From Magnetococcales bacterium (GTDB lineage Bacteria; Pseudomonadota; Magnetococcia; Magnetococcales; JADFYX01), in the NCBI GenBank assembly GCA_015232795.1, contig JADFYX010000001.1, positions 1 to 32,025 of the forward strand: a stretch of DNA of 32,025 nt, in the 5' to 3' direction. The translations under genes were made by a program, and so were the position numbers. Of this stretch, positions 1 to 8,037 are shown piece after piece; within the stretch, counting starts at the first letter, position 1, and every line of letters starts with the position of its first letter. The notes beneath the pieces were generated by a model. The model saw only the letters and a list, made by a program, of their open reading frames with translations, was not told where the DNA came from and ran no database searches.

Positions 1-1
1 A

Positions 2-1594
2 GTACTGGTAAATTTAATTGGCAACGCTATTAAATTTACCCATCAAGGTAGTGTGATGGTAAACGTGATAGAACAAAAGAAAACTGATAAGATGTTAAAT
101 GTTCGTGTAGAAGTTACCGATACAGGAGTCGGTATTCCCCTTGAGATACAAAAAGCTCTCTTTGAACCTTTTGTCCAGGGGGATAGCTCTACCAGCAGAA
201 ATTTTGGTGGTACTGGGTTAGGTTTAGCAATTGTTAAACGTTTAATGGATCTATTAGGGGGTAAGTTGGGCTTAGAGAGCATACCAGGCAAAGGTTCTAC
301 CTTCTGGTTTGAAATTGCTTTTTTAAGAGATGACATGGCAATCATCAGTAATGAGACTTCTAAAAGAGCAACCCAGAACAGAAGAAACTTAAGAAAAACT
401 CGACTGCTTATTGTTGATGACAATGCCATTAATCGTGAGATTGCAAGAGAATATGTACATTTATGGGGCCTTGAGTGTGAAGAGGCTGAGGATGCGATTA
501 TAGCTCATGAAATGTTGATCAAAGCAGAGAGAGATAACAGGCAGTTTGACCTGATCTTAATGGACCACATGATGCCCGGAATGACTGGTGTTGAGCTTGC
601 TGAAAATATGGCTAAAGAGAAAAAACTTGCTAAAATACCTGTTATTCTACTCTCATCTGTAGCAGACCATGAAGAACCCATACTTAATAACACCAAAAAC
701 TTAAAGATATTACTGCGCAAGCCAGTACGTAGATCAATTTTATACAACTCTATTTTTGATGTTTTACATAATGTTGCTACACCAGAAAAAATTTCTAAAA
801 ATCAAACTGTATCTACCATAGAAAAAAGAGTTGATACACCTAGCAAGCCTTGTAAAATTCTTATTGTTGAAGATAGCGACATCAATGCAGAGGTTGCCAT
901 TGAGATGTTGAATATTCTTGGATATCATGCAGATTGGGCAATAAACGGCGAAGACGCACTGGGATATTTGGCAGCAAAAGAGTATGATTTGGTCTTTATG
1001 GATTGCCATATGCCCGGTATTGACGGTTATGAGACAACAATCAAAATTCGAGAGAATGAACAAACTAAAAGTGGGTCTGAGCATCTGCCAATAGTAGCCT
1101 TGACCGCAAAAGCCATGGAAGAAGATAGAAACCACTGTCTTTCTGTAGGAATGGATGACTATCTTGCCAAACCTATACAGGCTAATGATCTGCAACTGAT
1201 GATTGAAAAATGGTGCAATCACATTTTAAAAGTAGATGATGAACTCCCTTCGTTCGACAGGAACGCTCTTTTAAACTATAAAGATCAGGTTGGCCCGAGA
1301 AGTGACAAAATCATTAACCGCTTTATTCTTCGTCTCCCTCAGGAGTTGCAAACGGTTGCTGCGGGTATTAAAAAAGGTGATTTTATAGAAGTTGGACAAA
1401 CAGCCCATAAATTAAAAGGTATGGCGAAACAGTTTGGAGCGGTAAGATTGGGGGAGTTGAGCGATCAACTTGAGCAACTTATACAAGATGATTCATTTGA
1501 TGAGTTACCAATTATACTCAATAATATGGAAGAAGAGAGTGACAATGTTATAAGAGAGTTAAAAAAGGTAATCGAAAATAATGTTAATGAGTGA
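2..1594 (+). CDS. hybrid sensor histidine kinase, C-terminal part (HATPase_c - REC - REC - Hpt); 5' end outside the window
   Basis: Frame 2 is open from nt 2. VLVNLIGNAIKFT (N-box of HATPase_c) precedes the listed Met at 53. G-boxes DTGVGIP and GGTGLGLAI. Two receiver domains (LILMDHMMPGMTG, LVFMDCHMPGIDG, each with a downstream KP). C-terminal Hpt motif AHKLKGMAKQFGA. Confidence 0.9.
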   Translation, partial: VLVNLIGNAIKFTHQGSVMVNVIEQKKTDKMLNVRVEVTDTGVGIPLEIQKALFEPFVQGDSSTSRNFGGTGLGLAIVKRLMDLLGGKLGLESIPGKGSTFWFEIAFLRDDMAIISNETSKRATQNRRNLRKTRLLIVDDNAINREIAREYVHLWGLECEEAEDAIIAHEMLIKAERDNRQFDLILMDHMMPGMTGVELAENMAKEKKLAKIPVILLSSVADHEEPILNNTKNLKILLRKPVRRSILYNSIFDVLHNVATPEKISKNQTVSTIEKRVDTPSKPCKILIVEDSDINAEVAIEMLNILGYHADWAINGEDALGYLAAKEYDLVFMDCHMPGIDGYETTIKIRENEQTKSGSEHLPIVALTAKAMEEDRNHCLSVGMDDYLAKPIQANDLQLMIEKWCNHILKVDDELPSFDRNALLNYKDQVGPRSDKIINRFILRLPQELQTVAAGIKKGDFIEVGQTAHKLKGMAKQFGAVRLGELSDQLEQLIQDDSFDELPIILNNMEEESDNVIRELKKVIENNVNE

Positions 1595-4379
1595 AACGCC
1601 AAAACCCATGCCATTGATTATGGTTGTGGACGACGATGAAGATTTTCGTGACTCTCTTGCTGGTTTTTTGGAAACCAAAAACTATAGAGTCCATGAATGT
1701 CAAAATGGTAAAGATGCTTTAGCATTTTGTGATGAGCACACACCTGACCTCATATTATTAGATGCCAACATGCCTGATATGGATGGGTTTCAAGTTTGTT
1801 CCCAACTGCAAAAAAATCCAAAAAACAGATCAATCCCTGTCATAATGATCACCGCTTTGGCAGATGAACGGTCAGTAGACCGCGCCTTTGAAGTTGGAGC
1901 AGATGAGTATATTACCAAACCTGTAAACTGGTCTGTTTTACGCTTGCGGATTCATCGTATTATCGAGAGGAAAATTCGGGAAAATGCACTTAACGAAAGC
2001 CATGAACAGTACCGACTGCTACTAGAGACCTCCAATTTTGTGCCTTGGGAAATGGATTTGGCAAACAACAAATTTACCTATATGGGACCACAAATCAAGA
2101 ACCTTCTTGGATATCCAGTAGAAGATTGGACTGATTTTGATTATTGGGTTAGCCGTCTTCATCCAGATGATCGGGAAGTGGCAAAAAGGTTCTCCTTGAC
2201 ATCTACCAAAAAAGGCGAAGATCACGATTTTGAATATCGCGTTATATCAGCACAAGGCGCAACTGTTTGGCTTCGTGACGTAGTAACTTTGGTAAGAAAA
2301 AATGATGAAGTTACAGGCTTACGTGGTTTTTTTATTGATATAACAGAACAAAAACAAGGAGAGCATGAACTCCACAAAACCATGGATTTATTGGTTAAAA
2401 GCGAAAACCAACTGCAAGCTATTCTATCAAACACCTCTGCTGTGGTATTTTTAAAAAATATTGATGGTCGCTATATACTGGTAAACCGCAGATTTGAAGA
2501 GTTGTTCAATATAAGCAACCTGGATGTTATCGATAAGAGTGATTTTGATCTGTTTCCTTATGCAATAGCCCAGAAACTTTATGAAAATGATTTAGCTGTT
2601 TTGAAACATCGAAAATCTTTAGAAATAGAAGAGGTTATTAGACACAAAGAGGAACATCGCACCTATATTTCTGTAAAATTTCCTCTTTTCAACGAAAACA
2701 ATAAAATATTTGCCATTGGGGGAATTGCTACTGATATCACTGATAGAAAACTAGCAGAAGATGATCTTTGCGAAGCAAAACAAAATGCTGAACTAGCCAA
2801 CAGGGCAAAAAGTCAATTTTTAGCTGCTATGAGTCATGATATTAGAACCCCCATGAATGCTATTTTAGGTATGGGAGAGGTTTTGGCTCAGAGTGAGTTG
2901 AATGAAACACAATTGCACCATTTAGATATTTTAACCCATGCAGGCGAAGGGTTGTTGGCCCTCATAAATGACATCCTTGATCTTTCTAAAATTGAAGCGG
3001 GTCAATTGGAGCTTGAGGCAGTCTCTTTTAATCTTCCTGATTTAATATCAAGCAGTATTCATATCCTAGAGCAAAGAGCAACCTCAAAGAATCTCAAATT
3101 AGACTATAATATAGATCCCAAATGCAACAAAATCATTGTTGGTGATCCTCAACGCCTTAGACAGATACTGCTAAACTTACTGGGCAACGCTATAAAATTT
3201 ACCGAGCAGGGAAAAATAACACTTGAAGTAAAATCCCATTTTAAAGATCGTATTCTCTTTGTGGTTAGGGACACAGGTATTGGCATTTCTCACAAAAAGC
3301 TCAACTCCATCTTTCAGCCATTTACCCAAGCCGATAATTCCATAACTCGTCGCTTTGGTGGGTCGGGTTTAGGACTCTCAATTTGTAACCATTTAGTGGA
3401 GAAAATGGGTGGTACAATTCAGGTAGAGAGTGAAGTTGGCAAAGGTAGTAGCTTTAGCTTTACGGCTAGACTACCAAAATCAGTAGGAAATCTTGCAGAC
3501 ATAACTTTGACACAGGTGATAAGACAGAAGTCTCGGAATTCATCCGAGACAAAAAAAGCAACTCAAGAAAGTGCTATGCATATCCTTTTGGTGGATGATG
3601 CTGATGATAATATATTAGTAATTAAAGCTTTTCTAAAAACGACTCCACATACTCTGCAAATTACAAAAAATGGTAAACAAGCAGTAGAAGCATTTGCAAA
3701 GGGAAGTTTTAATATGATCATGATGGACATGATGATGCCCATTATGGATGGTTATGAAGCGACAAGACGTATTAGAGCCTTAGAGAAAAAGACCAACCGA
3801 CCTGCTGTTCCAATTGTGGCTCTCACTGCAAATGCCATGAAAGAAGATCTCGAAAAAACCATTGAAGCAGGTTGTGATATGTATCTTTCTAAACCAATAC
3901 GTATGAAACACCTACTTGATGTTATAGATAGTTTTGTAAAAAATAGCAGTGATGTTAGCAGTAGTTTACACTATAATGAAGAGAGTACAGAACAATCTAA
4001 AAATTCTGACAATAAAAACCTGAAAAATAGTTACAATGCTATCAATTTGGATATATTGAATAAATTACGTAAAGACCTTGGTGGAAATATTGATAGTCCA
4101 TTGGGAAAATTTTTAGATCAATTGCCAAATCGCTATACAGCTATAGTCGAGGCTATTAATCAGAAGAATAGTGATAGTTTAAAAAGTTCTGCTCATAAAC
4201 TAAAAGGTTCTTCAGCATCATTTGGGGCAGAACAATTAGTCTCAATATGTCACCAGATGGAGTTAGCAGGTAGGGCTGGTCAACTTCCACAAGATGAAAA
4301 TTTGTTAGATGCACTCAAAAAAGAGTGTGGAGTTGTCCAGAGTGAATTAGAGTTATTTTTAAGCGGAGAAAATGTTTGA
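1581..4379 (+). CDS. hybrid sensor histidine kinase / response regulator (REC - PAS - PAS - HisKA - HATPase_c - REC - Hpt)
   Basis: N-terminal receiver (LILLDANMPDMDG). Two PAS-like blocks, about aa 140-390. H-box MSHDIRTPMNAILG, N-box LLNLLGNAIKFT, G-boxes DTGIGIS and GGSGLGLSI. Second receiver (MIMMDMMMPIMDG). Hpt motif AHKLKGSSASFGA. The start overlaps the upstream stop by 14 nt. Confidence 0.93.
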   Translation: MLMSETPKPMPLIMVVDDDEDFRDSLAGFLETKNYRVHECQNGKDALAFCDEHTPDLILLDANMPDMDGFQVCSQLQKNPKNRSIPVIMITALADERSVDRAFEVGADEYITKPVNWSVLRLRIHRIIERKIRENALNESHEQYRLLLETSNFVPWEMDLANNKFTYMGPQIKNLLGYPVEDWTDFDYWVSRLHPDDREVAKRFSLTSTKKGEDHDFEYRVISAQGATVWLRDVVTLVRKNDEVTGLRGFFIDITEQKQGEHELHKTMDLLVKSENQLQAILSNTSAVVFLKNIDGRYILVNRRFEELFNISNLDVIDKSDFDLFPYAIAQKLYENDLAVLKHRKSLEIEEVIRHKEEHRTYISVKFPLFNENNKIFAIGGIATDITDRKLAEDDLCEAKQNAELANRAKSQFLAAMSHDIRTPMNAILGMGEVLAQSELNETQLHHLDILTHAGEGLLALINDILDLSKIEAGQLELEAVSFNLPDLISSSIHILEQRATSKNLKLDYNIDPKCNKIIVGDPQRLRQILLNLLGNAIKFTEQGKITLEVKSHFKDRILFVVRDTGIGISHKKLNSIFQPFTQADNSITRRFGGSGLGLSICNHLVEKMGGTIQVESEVGKGSSFSFTARLPKSVGNLADITLTQVIRQKSRNSSETKKATQESAMHILLVDDADDNILVIKAFLKTTPHTLQITKNGKQAVEAFAKGSFNMIMMDMMMPIMDGYEATRRIRALEKKTNRPAVPIVALTANAMKEDLEKTIEAGCDMYLSKPIRMKHLLDVIDSFVKNSSDVSSSLHYNEESTEQSKNSDNKNLKNSYNAINLDILNKLRKDLGGNIDSPLGKFLDQLPNRYTAIVEAINQKNSDSLKSSAHKLKGSSASFGAEQLVSICHQMELAGRAGQLPQDENLLDALKKECGVVQSELELFLSGENV

Positions 4380-5314
4380 ATAATCAGACCACACTTAAAC
4401 GCTCTATTATCCTCGTAGCAGATGATGATGAGGTTGTTCTTGACCTTATTGATACATTCTTAAAAGATAACGGTTATGACTCAGTATTGGTAAATAATGG
4501 TAATGAAGCGGTAGCTGCCTTTAAAGAACATAAACCAGATTTAGCCCTACTTGACGCTGATATGCCAAAGATGGATGGATTTCAGGCCTGTGAATTAATC
4601 AGAACTATTCCTGGTAGCAGACAAACTCCTATAGTTATGGTCACTGCTCTCTCAGACGATGCATCCGTTAATCTAGCATTTGCAGTAGGAGCAGAAGATT
4701 ACATAACCAAACCTATTCACTGGGCGGTATTACGACAACGTATCCGTATACTATTAGATCGCAAAGATGCCCAAGATAGAATCCAGCACCAGGCTACTCA
4801 TGACGCATTGACCGATCTTCCCAACAGAACACTATTTATGGACCGCCTGCGTTCTGCAATTTATTTGTGTAGTCGTAGAAAAAGCAAAATGGCTTTAATG
4901 TTTGTCGATTTAGACAGATTTAAAATTGTAAATGATAATTTGGGCCATGCAGCAGGAGATCAGCTATTAAAAGAAGTGGCAACACGGATGCTAGGTTGTA
5001 TTCGCCAATCAGACACTGTTGCCCGTATGGGTGGAGATGAATTCACAGTGGTTCTTTCAGAAATTTCTGTTATTGAAGATCCTAAAAATATTGCCACAAA
5101 AATTTTAATGAGTTTACAAGAGCCTTTTGTCTTGGAGGGAGAAAAAGTAACTATATCCGCTTCTATTGGTATTACAATTTTTCCTCAGGATGGTGAAGAT
5201 ATAGAAACTCTACTTCGCAATGCCGACTATTCTATGTACCTCGCTAAAAAAAGAGGCAGGAACTGCTATTGTTTATATGATTCAGACGCAAATTTAGGTC
5301 AAGAAATTGAGTAA
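4376..5314 (+). CDS. response regulator diguanylate cyclase (REC-GGDEF)
   Basis: Receiver domain (LALLDADMPKMDG ... ITKP). GGDEF domain with intact GGDEF motif (ARMGGDEFTVV) and RQSD at the I-site position five residues upstream. TTG start overlaps the upstream TGA (tTTGA). Confidence 0.92.
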   Translation: MNNQTTLKRSIILVADDDEVVLDLIDTFLKDNGYDSVLVNNGNEAVAAFKEHKPDLALLDADMPKMDGFQACELIRTIPGSRQTPIVMVTALSDDASVNLAFAVGAEDYITKPIHWAVLRQRIRILLDRKDAQDRIQHQATHDALTDLPNRTLFMDRLRSAIYLCSRRKSKMALMFVDLDRFKIVNDNLGHAAGDQLLKEVATRMLGCIRQSDTVARMGGDEFTVVLSEISVIEDPKNIATKILMSLQEPFVLEGEKVTISASIGITIFPQDGEDIETLLRNADYSMYLAKKRGRNCYCLYDSDANLGQEIE

Positions 5315-5510
5315 AAAGAATAAATTATTAGGAATAGTTACTATTTTAGGTATTTGTGCTGGTATTTTTATATGTTATGTGATTAATTCTGGCTTAGGGA
5401 ACAATAAATTTGATAATGTGTTATACTATGCTGTAGGCAGCGTTGTTATCGTCCTAATGCGGATTAGTACTTCACCATCACTAAAACATCTTATTAGAGA
5501 AAAAGAGTGA
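5307..5510 (+). CDS. hypothetical small membrane protein (67 aa, two hydrophobic segments)
   Basis: TTG start overlaps the GGDEF gene stop by 8 nt. Two hydrophobic stretches (LLGIVTILGICAGIFICYVI, VLYYAVGSVVIVLM). No recognisable family. Confidence 0.3.
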   Translation: MSKKNKLLGIVTILGICAGIFICYVINSGLGNNKFDNVLYYAVGSVVIVLMRISTSPSLKHLIREKE

Positions 5511-5533
5511 GTTGGAAGGACTAAAAAGTAGAG

Positions 5534-7231
5534 ATGAATATTAAACTTGAAATTTTGCACCCATCAGAACACAAAGAGCTGATATATACCCCGCAGAACT
5601 GCTATAGCAATATGGCAAAACGACTTTTGGCTCCCCTACTCTTTTCAGAGTTAATTGAAGCTGCTAGATGCTATCCAATCATATTTTATTTAAGCAAAGG
5701 GGATGAAAAATTAACCCCTATGGCTCTACTTGGAACAGAACCAGCGCGAGGTAATGTATCCATTACAGAGCAGGGGAAGTGGATGGAGAGCAGGATGATT
5801 CCTGCTAGTATTTCCAGCTATCCTTTTTATCCGGGACACATAGATGAGAATGGTCAACTGACACTTCTTATTGATAGACACGCACCCCATTTCCAACAAA
5901 AATCTTCAGATGATAATACAGGACAACCCCTGTTTACTCCAACTGGAGAGGCAACTCCTACCCTTAAAAATATTCGCAAAAAACATCTCAACTATCAAAA
6001 AGAGATGGGTCACACAGACTGGGTTGTCTATAAACTCTATGAAAAAAATCTTTTCCAGACAAAAAAGCTATCAGAGTTTTTGCCCGGTGAGAAGGTAGCT
6101 CAACTAAGTAACTTTTTTGTATTGGACCAAAAAAAACTAGAAGAGTTGCCAGACGAAGATTTTTTAGAACTACGCCAACTTGGCTTAATGGTAAATCTTT
6201 ATGCCTTGATTACCTCACAAAACAACTTTTCTCTATTGTCAAAATCCACACCTCACATTAGTGAACCCAGTTCATATACGCGGCCAGAAGAAGTTTCCAT
6301 CCTTACAACAGAACCAGTTACACCAGAAAAGACAAAAGATAATAGACTGTTTTTAGTGATAGCTGTAGCGATAATTGGAATATTATCAGGGGTAATAATA
6401 CATTTAAACTCATCTATTAATAAAAATATTGCTTATACCCAAGTAGTAAAAAAGGCAACTGAGGTAAAAGAAGTAAAAGAGGTAAGTAAACCAAAATTAA
6501 ACAGCAGTAAAACAGAGGTCACGACTCACGAAAAACAACCACAATCAGCTAAGGCTCAAACCACACATAAAGAGGAAATATTAAATATATTAACCCTGCC
6601 TCCAAACAGTGCACCCCCATTGACCGACTCAAAGGTTAAGCAACAAGATATGGAACTATCGCTAGATAATTCCAGTGTACCTGTTGAAACAGAGCAGAGC
6701 TTGCCAACAAGCAAAAAAACCGATGAAATGTTGGTAGATAGTGACGCAGAAAATACTACAACTGTAGTTAACTCACCAAAAACCTTAACACCCCCTGAGG
6801 TTAAACAGGAGATCACACCACCAAACCAAGTGACATTTTTGATAGAACAGCCTCTTCCTGATTTATCACCAAAAAAACGCCCATTAGGACAATCATCACC
6901 CAGTCCTTTTAAAGAACAAGCCGAGGCAGAACTACTAGAACAACAGTCCCCCCATGTCAATATATTAATTGATGGTATAAAACGTAATATTACAGAGTCA
7001 CGGCTCTCCTTACCCAGAGGTGATAACGCCTTGGAAAAGGTAGCTCAACTCCAGGAGCTAAACATAGACAGCCCCATTGTTGAAGAGTTACTTAACACAG
7101 TATTTGAAAGGTTTCTTGAGCTTGCTATATGGGATAGATCTGGCAGAGCAAAACTATATTTAGAAAAAGCTGGAAAAATATTTCCTGGAGATCCCCGTAT
7201 TGAAGAGATAGAGGGGCTTGTTTCGGAATAA
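5534..7231 (+). CDS. SapC-like N-terminal domain fused to a TM segment, a long Pro/Thr/Lys/Glu-rich region and a C-terminal helical module
   Basis: The N-terminal ~235 aa resemble the SapC family (CYPIIF..., TPMALLGTEP). Hydrophobic helix about aa 271-291 (LFLVIAVAIIGILSGVIIHL). Low-complexity region about aa 300-480. The family call is from memory of motifs only. Confidence 0.7.
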   Translation: MNIKLEILHPSEHKELIYTPQNCYSNMAKRLLAPLLFSELIEAARCYPIIFYLSKGDEKLTPMALLGTEPARGNVSITEQGKWMESRMIPASISSYPFYPGHIDENGQLTLLIDRHAPHFQQKSSDDNTGQPLFTPTGEATPTLKNIRKKHLNYQKEMGHTDWVVYKLYEKNLFQTKKLSEFLPGEKVAQLSNFFVLDQKKLEELPDEDFLELRQLGLMVNLYALITSQNNFSLLSKSTPHISEPSSYTRPEEVSILTTEPVTPEKTKDNRLFLVIAVAIIGILSGVIIHLNSSINKNIAYTQVVKKATEVKEVKEVSKPKLNSSKTEVTTHEKQPQSAKAQTTHKEEILNILTLPPNSAPPLTDSKVKQQDMELSLDNSSVPVETEQSLPTSKKTDEMLVDSDAENTTTVVNSPKTLTPPEVKQEITPPNQVTFLIEQPLPDLSPKKRPLGQSSPSPFKEQAEAELLEQQSPHVNILIDGIKRNITESRLSLPRGDNALEKVAQLQELNIDSPIVEELLNTVFERFLELAIWDRSGRAKLYLEKAGKIFPGDPRIEEIEGLVSE

Positions 7232-7245
7232 CCGCCCCAGGATAA

Positions 7246-7914
7246 CTAAAAAAAGCCACGTTTTATAGTCATCAACCCCATAAAAACAATTATTAGACCT
7301 GCCCCTCGCAATAGCTTGTTCCTGAGTTTTTGACTTAAAAGGGTAGAGACCAATCCAAAACCCCAAAGAGCCGGCAGAGTACCCAATCCGAAAGCCAATA
7401 AAATTGCCATCCCCCCTGAAACAGAACCCACTGCTATAGCCTTGGCCTGAAATGCCCAGTGCAGTGCACATGGAAGAAAACCTGTAATTATTCCTAAAAA
7501 TAGCGTTTTTCCTGGTAGATATCCTTGCATCAACCGTTTTGCCAAAACTGCTATTATTCCACCCCCACCCTTATTTTCCCGACGTACAAAAGGAAGTAGA
7601 CCAGCACTATCCAACCCCATCCAGACCATCACCCCTCCAGCCACAAGATAGGGAACTCCCTGTAAATTTTCCGGCCTGCCAAAGGTATAGCCCAAAGAAC
7701 CTACCCAGCCCGATAACGCTCCTAATAAAATATAGGTAGAAACTCGTCCTAGCCCATATAACATATGGGGCATAAACAGGGAAATTCCACTGTTTTTTGG
7801 TAGTTTTAAAGAGTATGCTGCCACCATACCACCACACATACCGATACAGTGACCGCTTGCCAAAAGTGCGGTTAAAAAAGTAAGCCATAGATCAAATATT
7901 GAAGGAGTCATCAC
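7246..7914 (-). CDS. DsbD_2 / TauE-SafE-like integral membrane protein
   Basis: Polytopic membrane protein with a GHCIGMCGGM motif in the first helix and a GFLPC motif later. As I recall, genes of this type neighbour ccoI-ccoS in other proteobacteria. Confidence 0.75.
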   Translation of the reverse strand: MMTPSIFDLWLTFLTALLASGHCIGMCGGMVAAYSLKLPKNSGISLFMPHMLYGLGRVSTYILLGALSGWVGSLGYTFGRPENLQGVPYLVAGGVMVWMGLDSAGLLPFVRRENKGGGGIIAVLAKRLMQGYLPGKTLFLGIITGFLPCALHWAFQAKAIAVGSVSGGMAILLAFGLGTLPALWGFGLVSTLLSQKLRNKLLRGAGLIIVFMGLMTIKRGFF

Positions 7915-8037
7915 CAGACAATACCCTGATATAGAATTGTGTGAAAATAAAAAAATATTCTGGCTAGCAGCAATGCAATGAAATGGATAGAATGATTATT
8001 GATATTTTACTGAAAACAGGCTCCTAACTTATACTAT

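Noticed and set aside
43-1222. Minus-strand ORFs (43-429, 505-747, 764-1222) opposite the first histidine kinase
   Set aside because: They are antisense to a frame with unambiguous HATPase_c, REC and Hpt motifs. Their products are hydrophobic or low-complexity with no motifs.
6461-6487. 9-nt tandem triplet (GAGGTAAAA GAAGTAAAA GAGGTAAGT) inside the SapC-like gene
   Set aside because: It is in frame and encodes EVKEVKEVS within a generally low-complexity region. It is treated as part of that region, not as an independent repeat feature.
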